Made by a program: the position numbers and the translations under genes | The notes under the pieces: generated by a model | Told to the model about the DNA's origin: nothing | Database searches by the model: none | The model's input: only the letters and a program-made list of their open reading frames with translations | In this document: in pieces, positions 35,266 to 44,080 of the stretch | Layout of the letters: each line of letters starts with the position of its first letter | Numbering within the stretch: position 1 is the first letter of the stretch | Origin: a virus | Lineage: Duplodnaviria; Heunggongvirae; Uroviricota; Caudoviricetes | Virus record (IMG/VR): IMGVR_UViG_2609460218_000014 | Span: 1 to 44,080 of that record | Strand: one strand, 5' to 3' | Length of the DNA stretch: 44,080 nt

Positions 35266-36471
35266 TTAACCGGCAAAAATCGGCAACATTAAATACAGCT
35301 TAATCACCAGCGCATTGACGATATCGATAAAGAACGCACCGACCATCGGCACCACCAAAAACGCCATGTGCGACGGGCCAAAGCGTTCAGTGATCGCCTG
35401 CATGTTGGCGATTGCCGTTGGCGTTGCACCGAGGCCAAAACCACAGTGACCCGCAGCCAGCACTGCCGCATCGTAGTTTTTGCCCATCATGCGCCAGGTA
35501 ACGAAGATGGCATACAACGCCATGAAGATGGTCTGTACCACCAGAATCGCCAGCATCGGCAGCGCCAGCGAAGCCAGCTCCCACAGTTTCAGCCCCATCA
35601 GCGCCATCGCCAGGAACAACGACAGGCTTACGTTACCCAGCACGGATACCGCACGCTCAAAGACGCGGTAAAAGCCCATCATTGACAGACCGTTGCTCAG
35701 AATCACGCCAACAAACAGTACACAGACGAAGGTCGGCAGTTCAAAAGCAGTGCCAGCCAAAAGTTGCGCAACAATTTTCCCCACCGTCAGGCAGATAGCA
35801 ATCAGCGCGATAGTTTCAATCAGCACCAGCGAGGTGATCATGCGGCCCACATCCGGCTTTTCAAACGCCGTCGGGACTTCCTGGTCATCCGGAATACCGT
35901 TCGGCGTGGTGGAGTGTTTCACCAGATAGCGCGCCACCGGACCGCCAATCAAGCCGCCCAGCACCAGACCGAACGTTGCACAGGCCATCGCCACTTCCGT
36001 CGCATTGGTGAAGCCATAACGTTCAATGAACAATTTACTCCACGCAGCGCCCGTACCGTGACCGCCGGAAAGCGTAATAGAACCGGCCAACAGCCCCATC
36101 AGCGGATCAAGCCCTAACAGGCTAGCCATACCAATGCCAATGGCATTTTGCATCACCAACAGACCAACAACCACAATCAAGAAGATGCCAACCACACGCC
36201 CACCGGCACGCAAACTGGCAATGTTGGCGTTCAGGCCAATGGTGGCGAAGAAAGCCAGCATTAACGGATCGCGCAGGGACATATCAAAGTTGACTTCCCA
36301 GCCCATGCTTTTTTTCAGTACCAGTAGCGCTAGCGCCACCAACAAACCACCCGCAACAGGTTCCGGTATGGTGTATTTCTTCAAAAAGGAGACGGAATGG
36401 ACCAACTTACGCCCGAGCAGCAACGTCAGCGTTGCGGCAACAAGCGTTGCTAAAGTATCGAGATGAAACAT
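35266..36471 (-). CDS. gltS: Sodium/glutamate symporter
   Basis: 401-aa polytopic membrane protein MFHLDTLATLVAATLTLLLGRKLVHSVSFLKKYTIPEPVAGG..., as GltS. Confidence 0.9.
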   Translation of the reverse strand: MFHLDTLATLVAATLTLLLGRKLVHSVSFLKKYTIPEPVAGGLLVALALLVLKKSMGWEVNFDMSLRDPLMLAFFATIGLNANIASLRAGGRVVGIFLIVVVGLLVMQNAIGIGMASLLGLDPLMGLLAGSITLSGGHGTGAAWSKLFIERYGFTNATEVAMACATFGLVLGGLIGGPVARYLVKHSTTPNGIPDDQEVPTAFEKPDVGRMITSLVLIETIALIAICLTVGKIVAQLLAGTAFELPTFVCVLFVGVILSNGLSMMGFYRVFERAVSVLGNVSLSLFLAMALMGLKLWELASLALPMLAILVVQTIFMALYAIFVTWRMMGKNYDAAVLAAGHCGFGLGATPTAIANMQAITERFGPSHMAFLVVPMVGAFFIDIVNALVIKLYLMLPIFAG

Positions 36472-36750
36472 AGTTACTCCTTTGTATCCGCATCACTCTT
36501 TCATACTCGTCATACTTCATCGCGCAGTGGCAACCTCATGAACTATGACGGGTATCGAGTTATGCTTTCCTGGGTCAAATTCTCAGCTGTTAATGAACAA
36601 ATGGCATGGATTTTAAGCAGAAAAATACCAAAAGTTATATAAAAAAGTGCATTTATCTCATTTAAATATTTAGATGAGGATGTGGCAAACGTTTGCTTTT
36701 CTCTTTCGGTCAGCTAAAATGCCCGCTTTGCTACCACGGGATTGTTTTCG

Positions 36751-38142
36751 ATGTCTGTTTCCACCCTCGAGTCAGAAAATGCGCAACCGGTTGCGCAGAC
36801 TCAAAACAGCGAACTGATTTACCGTCTTGAAGATCGTCCGCCGCTTCCTCAAACCCTGTTTGCCGCCTGTCAGCATCTGCTGGCGATGTTCGTTGCGGTG
36901 ATCACGCCAGCGCTATTAATCTGCCAGGCGCTGGGTTTACCGGCACAAGACACGCAACACATTATTAGTATGTCGCTGTTTGCCTCCGGTGTGGCATCGA
37001 TTATTCAAATTAAGGCCTGGGGTCCGGTTGGCTCCGGGCTGTTGTCTATTCAGGGCACCAGCTTCAACTTTGTTGCCCCGCTGATTATGGGCGGTACCGC
37101 GCTGAAAACCGGTGGTGCTGATGTTCCTACCATGATGGCGGCTTTGTTCGGCACGTTGATGCTGGCAAGTTGCACCGAGATGGTGATCTCCCGCGTTCTG
37201 CATCTGGCGCGCCGCATTATTACGCCGCTGGTTTCTGGCGTTGTGGTGATGATTATCGGCCTGTCGCTAATTCAGGTTGGGTTAACGTCCATTGGCGGCG
37301 GTTACGCAGCCATGAGCGATAACACCTTCGGCGCACCGAAAAATCTGCTGCTGGCAGGCGTGGTCTTAGCCTTAATTATCCTGCTTAACCGTCAACGTAA
37401 CCCTTACTTACGCGTGGCCTCACTGGTAATTGCGATGGCGGCCGGATATGCGCTGGCGTGGTTTATGGGCATGTTGCCAGAAAGCAACGAACCTATGACG
37501 CAAGAACTGATTATGGTGCCAACGCCGCTCTATTACGGTCTTGGCATTGAATGGAGTCTGCTGCTGCCGCTGATGCTGGTCTTTATGATCACTTCGCTGG
37601 AAACCATTGGCGATATCACGGCGACCTCTGACGTTTCCGAACAGCCAGTGTCCGGTCCGCTGTACATGAAACGCCTGAAAGGCGGCGTGCTGGCAAACGG
37701 CCTGAACTCGTTTGTTTCGGCGGTGTTTAACACCTTCCCGAACTCCTGCTTCGGGCAAAACAACGGAGTGATCCAGTTGACTGGTGTTGCCAGCCGCTAT
37801 GTCGGTTTTGTCGTCGCGCTGATGTTGATCGTGCTGGGTCTGTTCCCGGCAGTGAGCGGTTTTGTACAACACATTCCAGAACCGGTTCTGGGCGGCGCAA
37901 CGCTTGTAATGTTTGGCACCATCGCCGCCTCCGGTGTGCGTATCGTTTCTCGTGAGCCGCTGAACCGTCGGGCGATTCTGATTATCGCGCTGTCGCTGGC
38001 GGTTGGTCTGGGCGTGTCTCAGCAGCCGCTGATTTTGCAGTTTGCCCCTGAATGGCTGAAAAACCTGCTCTCCTCCGGGATCGCCGCGGGCGGTATTACT
38101 GCCATCGTGCTGAATCTGATTTTCCCACCAGAAAAACAGTAA
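36751..38142 (+). CDS. xanP: Xanthine permease (NCS2 family)
   Basis: Track ORF 36742..38142; [34 protein letters not shown]... NCS2 transporter. Confidence 0.9.
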
Positions 38143-38262
38143 TTCACTGGCGGCGGTAAGATAATTACCGCCGCAGTCTCACCTCTTTAACCATTCCCGC
38201 CTTGAGGATTGCGCGTAAATCGTGCATAACTCCCTTATGTGCATTTCACGGGATGGAAGACC

Positions 38263-39972
38263 ATGAAATTTATTGGGAAGCTGCTTCTCTACATTCTCAT
38301 CGCTCTGTTAGTGGCGATCGCTGGCCTCTATTTTCTTCTGCAAACCCGCTGGGGAGCAGAACATATCAGCGCATGGGTTTCCGAGAATAGCGACTATCAT
38401 CTGGCCTTCGGGGCGATGGATCACCGTTTTTCCGCGCCATCTCATATCGTGCTGGAGAACGTCACGTTTGGTCGTGATGGCCAGCCCGCGACCCTGGTGG
38501 CCAAAAGTGTCGACATTGCGCTAAGCAGTCGGCAACTGACCGAACCACGCCATGTCGATACCATCCTGCTGGAAAACGGGACGCTGAATCTCACCGACCA
38601 GACCGCGCCGCTACCGTTCAAAGCCGATCGTCTGCAACTGCGTGATATGGCGTTTAATAGCCCGAATAGCGAATGGAAACTGAGCGCGCAGCGGGTAAAT
38701 GGCGGCGTAGTTCCGTGGTCACCAAAAGCCGGTAAAGTGCTGGGTACGAAGGCGCAGATTCAGTTTAGTGCCGGATCGCTTTCGCTCAATGATGTTCCTG
38801 CCACCAATGTACTGATTGAAGGCAGTATTGATAACGATCGCGTTACGCTGACTAACCTGGGTGCCGACATCGCCCGCGGGACATTAACCGGAAACGCGCA
38901 GCGTAACGCCGACGGCAGCTGGCAAGTGGAAAACCTGCGCATGGCGGATATACGTCTACAAAGCGAAAAATCGCTAACCGACTTCTTTGCGCCATTACGC
39001 TCTGTCCCGTCGTTGCAGATTGGTCGCCTGGAAGTGATCGATGCTCGTTTGCAAGGTCCGGACTGGGCGGTGACCGACCTCGATCTCAGCTTGCGCAACA
39101 TGACCTTCAGTAAAGATGACTGGCAGACACAGGAAGGCAAACTGTCGATGAACGCTAGCGAGTTCATTTATGGTTCGCTGCATTTATTTGACCCGATTAT
39201 AAACACGGAATTTTCCCCGCAGGGCGTAGCGCTGCGCCAGTTCACCAGNCGCTGGGAAGGGGGTATGGTCAGAACGTCAGGGAACTGGCTGCGTGACGGG
39301 AAAACGTTGATCCTTGATGATGCGGCAATTGCCGGGCTGGAATATACCTTGCCGAAAAACTGGCAACAGTTGTGGATGGAAACGACACCCGGTTGGTTAA
39401 ACAGCCTGCAACTGAAGAGATTTAGCGCCAGCCGCAATCTGATCATTGATATCGACCCTGACTTCCCGTGGCAGCTCACCGCGCTCGATGGTTACGGTGC
39501 CAACCTGACGCTGGTTACCGATCATAAATGGGGCGTCTGGAGTGGCTCGGCGAATCTGAATGCCGCCGCCGCGACATTCAATCGTGTTGATGTTCGTCGC
39601 CCGTCGCTGGCGCTGACCGCCAACAGCAGCACGGTGAATATCAGCGAACTGAGTGCATTTACTGAAAAAGGCATTCTGGAAGCCACCGCCAGTGTTTCAC
39701 AAACGCCACAACGTCAGACACATATCAGCCTGAATGGACGCGGTGTGCCGGTGAATATTTTGCAACAGTGGGGATGGCCTGAATTACCGTTGACTGGCGA
39801 CGGCAATATTCAGCTTACCGCCAGTGGCGATATTCAGGCCAATGTCCCGTTGAAACCTACGGTTAGCGGGCAATTGCATGCCGTGAACGCCGCAAAGCAG
39901 CAAGTGACTCAAACCATGAATGCTGGCATCGTTTCCAGCGGTGAAGTTACATCGACGGAGCCGGTGCGGTAA
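38263..39972 (+). CDS. yicH: AsmA-family protein
   Basis: Track ORF 38239..39972; N-terminal signal anchor MKFIGKLLLYILIALLVAIAGLYFLL then a long periplasmic domain. Confidence 0.85.
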   Translation: MKFIGKLLLYILIALLVAIAGLYFLLQTRWGAEHISAWVSENSDYHLAFGAMDHRFSAPSHIVLENVTFGRDGQPATLVAKSVDIALSSRQLTEPRHVDTILLENGTLNLTDQTAPLPFKADRLQLRDMAFNSPNSEWKLSAQRVNGGVVPWSPKAGKVLGTKAQIQFSAGSLSLNDVPATNVLIEGSIDNDRVTLTNLGADIARGTLTGNAQRNADGSWQVENLRMADIRLQSEKSLTDFFAPLRSVPSLQIGRLEVIDARLQGPDWAVTDLDLSLRNMTFSKDDWQTQEGKLSMNASEFIYGSLHLFDPIINTEFSPQGVALRQFTXRWEGGMVRTSGNWLRDGKTLILDDAAIAGLEYTLPKNWQQLWMETTPGWLNSLQLKRFSASRNLIIDIDPDFPWQLTALDGYGANLTLVTDHKWGVWSGSANLNAAAATFNRVDVRRPSLALTANSSTVNISELSAFTEKGILEATASVSQTPQRQTHISLNGRGVPVNILQQWGWPELPLTGDGNIQLTASGDIQANVPLKPTVSGQLHAVNAAKQQVTQTMNAGIVSSGEVTSTEPVR

Positions 39973-40024
39973 ACATCAATCTCGCCGGGTACGACTCAGA
40001 CGTACCCGGCATTCCATCAATAGA

Positions 40025-42343
40025 TTACAACGTAATTGTCAGCGCATTCCCTTGAGGCTTCACCCCCAGCCCCTGCTCACTTTCAGCCTGCGAACCGTCT
40101 TGCAGACCATTTACTTTCACAACATTGCGCAGGCACAGTGTCCAGTTCTTCGCCTCGCCCGCACCAGTCACAGTAATCGTGTTGCCAGTACGTGCTGCTT
40201 TTAAAGTAAAGATCACCGATCCGTCAGCAGCGGGCACTTCACAGACGGCTTCATGCCCGTCTTGCAGATTAAAGAGGTGGAATGCCGTGCCTTCGTGCCA
40301 CACGTAATCGGGACGTTGATCGTTGTTGCCCAGCGCCAGTAGAGTGTTATCACGCACATAAACGGGCAGACTCAGGAAGCCGTGCTGCTGTTTATGCCAG
40401 CGACTACCGTCGAGTTCATCGTTGTGCCACAGGTGTGTCCAGCGACCTTCCGGCAGGTAGAACTGCACATCGCCCGCTTCAGTGAACACCGGCGCAACCA
40501 TCACGTTGTCGCCTAACATGTATTGACGGTCAAGGTAATCACAAGCCGGATCGTCCGGGAACTCCATCATCATGGCCCGCATCATCGGCGTACCCCGCGC
40601 GTTCGCACGCGCAGCTTCACGATACAGATACGGCATCATGCGGCATTTCAGTTGCGTGAAGAAGCGCACCACATCACAGGACTCATCATCGTAGGCCCAC
40701 GGCACACGATAAGATTTGCTACCGTGTAAACGGCTATGGCTGGAGAGCAAACCAAACGCGCACCAGCGTTTGTAAACGTGCGCCGGAGCGGTATTTTCAA
40801 AGCCGCCGATATCGTGGCTCCAGAAGCCAAAACCTGAAAGGCCAATAGACAAACCACCGCGCAGGCTTTCCGCCATTGATTCGTAGTTAGCGTAACAATC
40901 GCCACCCCAGTGTACCGGGAATTTCTGCGCACCGACGGAGGCCGAGCGGGCAAACAAGACAGCTTCTTCCTCACCAACGGTGTCCTTGAGCACGTTCCAC
41001 ACCAGTTCGTTGTAGATGTACGCATAATGGTTATGCATTTTCTGCGGATCGGAACCGTCAAACCACTGAACATCAGTTGGGATACGTTCGCCAAAGTCGG
41101 TCTTAAAGCAATCAACGCCCATCGCGACCAGACCTTTCAGTTTGTCGGCGTACCATTTGCAGGCATCCGGATTGGTAAAGTCATAAATCGCCAGACCTGG
41201 CTGCCATTTATCCCACTGCCATAGCGAACCGTCCGGGCGTTTGAGTAAATAGCCTTTCTCTTGTAACTCTTTAAAGACGGGGGATTTTTGACCGATATAG
41301 GGGTTAATCCAGACGCAGATTTTCAGCCCTTTCGCTTTCAGGCGGCGGATCATCCCTTCCGGGTCAGGGAAAGTCAGCGGGTCCCACTCAAAATCGCACC
41401 ACTGGAAGGCTTTCATCCAGAAACAGTCAAAGTGGAAAACATGCAGCGGCAGATTGCGTTCCGCCATACCATCGATAAAGCTGTTTACCGTCGCTTCGTC
41501 GTAGTTGGTGGTAAATGAAGTGGTTAGCCACAGGCCGAAGGACCACGCGGGCGGCAGCGCCGGACGACCAGTAAAGCGGGTATAACGATCAAGTACCGCT
41601 TTCGGCGTCGGGCCGTCGATAACAAAGTATTCGAGATATTCACTCTCAACGCTGAACTGCACTTTGGAGACTTTCTCCGATCCCACTTCAAAAGAGACAC
41701 ACTGGGGATGATTGACCAGTACCCCATAACCACGGTTAGTCATGTAGAACGGGATATTTTTATACGCCTGTTCAGTACTTGTGCCGCCGTCCCGGTTCCA
41801 GGTCTCTACCGTCTGGCCATTGCGCACCANGGCAGTAAAGCGCTCTCCCAGACCGTAAACTGTTTCGCCAACGCCAAGATCAAGCCGCTCAAACATATAA
41901 TTGCGTTGATTATTCGTGTCCTGCACGTAGCCATTATTTTTCACCTGACTACCGGTAATACGTTCGCCGTTGCGCAGAAAATCCAGTGACCAGAACTCAC
42001 CTTTGCTGACACGCGCACTTAAGTTGCCACTTTTAAACTCAGCATAACGTTCTGTGTTTTCGATTGTGACCTTCACGTCCTGCAAAATATTGAGCGGATA
42101 ATGAGGACCGTTATTCAGCGCCCCCTGAAAATGCTCAATCCGCACACCGACAATACCTTCCTGTGGGGAGAAAAAGCGCAGCGTAAATAAAGGCGTATCA
42201 AGCTGCCAGGTACGTTCACGCACATCACGGGGGGCAGCATAGACCACCATTTCATTATCCTGCTGTTCAACCTCGAACACCTGAAGCGGGTGAATCAAAT
42301 TGAGGCCAGGTTGAATCAACCAGTTTCCATCGCTAATTTTCAT
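40025..42343 (-). CDS. yicI: Alpha-xylosidase (GH31)
   Basis: 772 aa; GH31 catalytic region (...WINPYI..., ...KTDFGE...); conserved partner of yicJ. Confidence 0.9.
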
Positions 42344-42352
42344 TGCCGTTCC

Positions 42353-43735
42353 TTAGTTCTGCACTTCTTGAGAGGTGAATTGTTGCTGGCAACGGCGTTT
42401 ACCCTGAGCCAGCTGTTCCATAACGGTTTTCAGATTGTGCGTCGTGAGTGAGTAGTAGCGTTTAGCGATAATCGCGCTCAGCAAATAACAGATCGCCGGA
42501 ACAATCGTGAATAGCGCAATAATGATGCTAATCGTGGCGCTGTTCTGCGCTTTTTCTGCCGCATCATATCCGCCATAAGCCAGCATCCAGCCGATAAGAG
42601 CGCCGCCGAAGGCCAACCCCAGTTTGAGCACAAACAGCGTGCCAGCAAAACTGATCCCGGTCAGGCGTTTACCATTGCACCACTCGCCGTAGTCGACGGT
42701 ATCGGACATCATTACCCACTGGATAGGTGTCACCAGTTGATGCAACACACCAATCACGAAGATGAAGACAAACATAGTGATGCTGGCCTGCATGGGAACA
42801 AAGAACATCGCGAGGCTAATCACTGCCAGCAGGGCGTTCGTCCACCAGAAGATAGTGACTTTACATTTCCAGTCGGTCAGAGGTTTTGCCAGTGCGGAAC
42901 CAATCAGGTTACCCACGCAATAAGTGGTGAGAAAAGCGACAAACACTTCCGGCGTGCCCAAAATCCATGTGACGTAATACATCATCGCCCCACCGCGTAC
43001 GCACACCGCCAGGATATTGAAAATGGTTAGTAAACCGACAATCCGCCACTGGTCGTTTTGCCAGATATCACGTAAATCTTCCCGCATAGACGTTGTTGTA
43101 GGTGGTGCTTCAACGCGTTCTTTAGTGGTGAAGAAACAAAATGCCAGCATCATGAATGCCACCACGGAAAGGACCGCGATACCGCCCTGGAAACCGAGTG
43201 GTTTATTATCACCGCCAATTAAATTAACCAGTGGCATCATCAGAACAGTAGAAAGCATGCCTCCCGCGGTCGCCAGCACAAAACGCCAGGATTGCAGCGA
43301 GATACGCTGAGTCGGGTCATTGGTGATTACACCACCCAATGCGCAGTAAGGGATATTGACGACGGTATAAAGTAAGGTAAGTAGGGTGTAAGTAATTGCT
43401 GCATAGATCATTTTGCCGTTCATACTGAGATCTGGCGTGCTATAGGCCAGTACACAGACGATCCCGAATGGCAGTGCGCCAAACAGTACCCACGGACGAA
43501 ATTTACCCCAGCGAGAGCGCGTTCGATCGGCCAACAACCCCATGCAAGGATCGGAAATCGCATCCAGTGCACGAGCGACCAAAAACATGGTTCCGACAAA
43601 TCCGGCAGGAATGCCAAAAATATCGGTATAAAAGAACATCATATATAACATTACGTTATCGAAAATAATGTGGCTGGCGGCGTCTCCCATGCCATAACCA
43701 ATTTTCTCTTTAACGGACAACACTTCACTCTTCAT
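42353..43735 (-). CDS. yicJ: GPH-family glycoside/cation symporter (putative xyloside transporter)
   Basis: Track ORF 42353..43792; MKSEVLSVKEKIGYGMGDAASHIIFDNVMLYMMFFYTDIFGIPAGFVGT..., 12-TM MFS/GPH transporter. Confidence 0.85.
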   Translation of the reverse strand: MKSEVLSVKEKIGYGMGDAASHIIFDNVMLYMMFFYTDIFGIPAGFVGTMFLVARALDAISDPCMGLLADRTRSRWGKFRPWVLFGALPFGIVCVLAYSTPDLSMNGKMIYAAITYTLLTLLYTVVNIPYCALGGVITNDPTQRISLQSWRFVLATAGGMLSTVLMMPLVNLIGGDNKPLGFQGGIAVLSVVAFMMLAFCFFTTKERVEAPPTTTSMREDLRDIWQNDQWRIVGLLTIFNILAVCVRGGAMMYYVTWILGTPEVFVAFLTTYCVGNLIGSALAKPLTDWKCKVTIFWWTNALLAVISLAMFFVPMQASITMFVFIFVIGVLHQLVTPIQWVMMSDTVDYGEWCNGKRLTGISFAGTLFVLKLGLAFGGALIGWMLAYGGYDAAEKAQNSATISIIIALFTIVPAICYLLSAIIAKRYYSLTTHNLKTVMEQLAQGKRRCQQQFTSQEVQN

Positions 43736-43920
43736 CTGCTTTTCCTTGATGCTATAGGGGTGCTGAGACCGATAACGCATTTTGTAAACCATCCCTGTGA
43801 GAGCGAATATTCCGATATCTGGTTATTAATTTATGATTCTTGTTTTATGTGATCGTGGTAGCGTTAATTCCGCTCATATATCATTGTAAAATATGGGTTT
43901 TATATGAACTATAATGCTTT

Positions 43921-44080
43921 GGTAATGACTCCAACTTATTGATAGTGTTTTATGTTCAGATAATGCCCGATGACTTTGTCATGCAGCTCCACCGATTTTG
44001 AGAACGACAGCGACTTCCGTCCCAGCCGTGCCAGGTGCTGCCTCAGATTCAGGTTATGCCGCTCAATTCGCTGCGTATAT
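43921..44080 (-). mobile_element. IS1 right end, truncated by the window edge (terminal inverted repeat plus 3' end of insB)
   Basis: Plus strand ggtaatgactccaacttattgatagtgttttatgttcagataatgcccgatgac... is the reverse complement of the IS1 terminus as I recall it (...CATTATCTGAACATAAAACACTATCAATAAGTTGGAGTCATTACC). Confidence 0.9.

Noticed and set aside
35368-36466. Plus-strand ORFs (63-117 aa) antisense to gltS and minus-strand ORFs antisense to xanP (36937..37872)
   Set aside because: Embedded in transporter genes on the opposite strand; translations are Arg/His/Gln-rich and non-protein-like.
43793-43920. tRNA-Sec (selC) or another tRNA upstream of yicJ
   Set aside because: No tRNA-like sequence (acceptor stem/CCA, T-loop GTTCGA motif) seen before the IS1 end; the region is AT-rich promoter-like DNA.

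Overview
Enterobacterial (E. coli/Shigella-like) chromosomal segment, read entirely from sequence and protein recall with no database search. Left third: LPS core (waa) locus with a non-K-12, R3-like gene order (waaF'-waaC-waaL, converging on waaQ-G-P-GT8-waaY-GT8-GT4, divergent waaA-coaD). Middle: mutM, rpmG, rpmB, yicR, coaBC, dut, slmA, pyrE, rph, yicC. Then a ~6.4 kb insertion between yicC and dinD that is absent from the K-12 arrangement as I recall it: P4-family tyrosine integrase, 179-aa ORF, AlpA, primase-type zinc-ribbon protein, SF3/D5-type helicase, an ORF-free iteron region (putative ori), and a small cargo cassette of uncharacterised ORFs. This compact satellite-like island, and especially its cargo cassette, is the best candidate for an undescribed system. 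Right third: dinD (with LexA box), yicG, ligB, gmk, rpoZ, spoT, trmH, recG, gltS, xanP, yicH, yicI, yicJ, ending in a truncated IS1. The sequence is draft quality: about 25 N's and several single-base homopolymer frameshifts, including in essential coaBC, so apparent pseudogenes are most likely sequencing artefacts. Coordinates of internal starts and short motifs are hand-counted and may be off by 1-3 nt.
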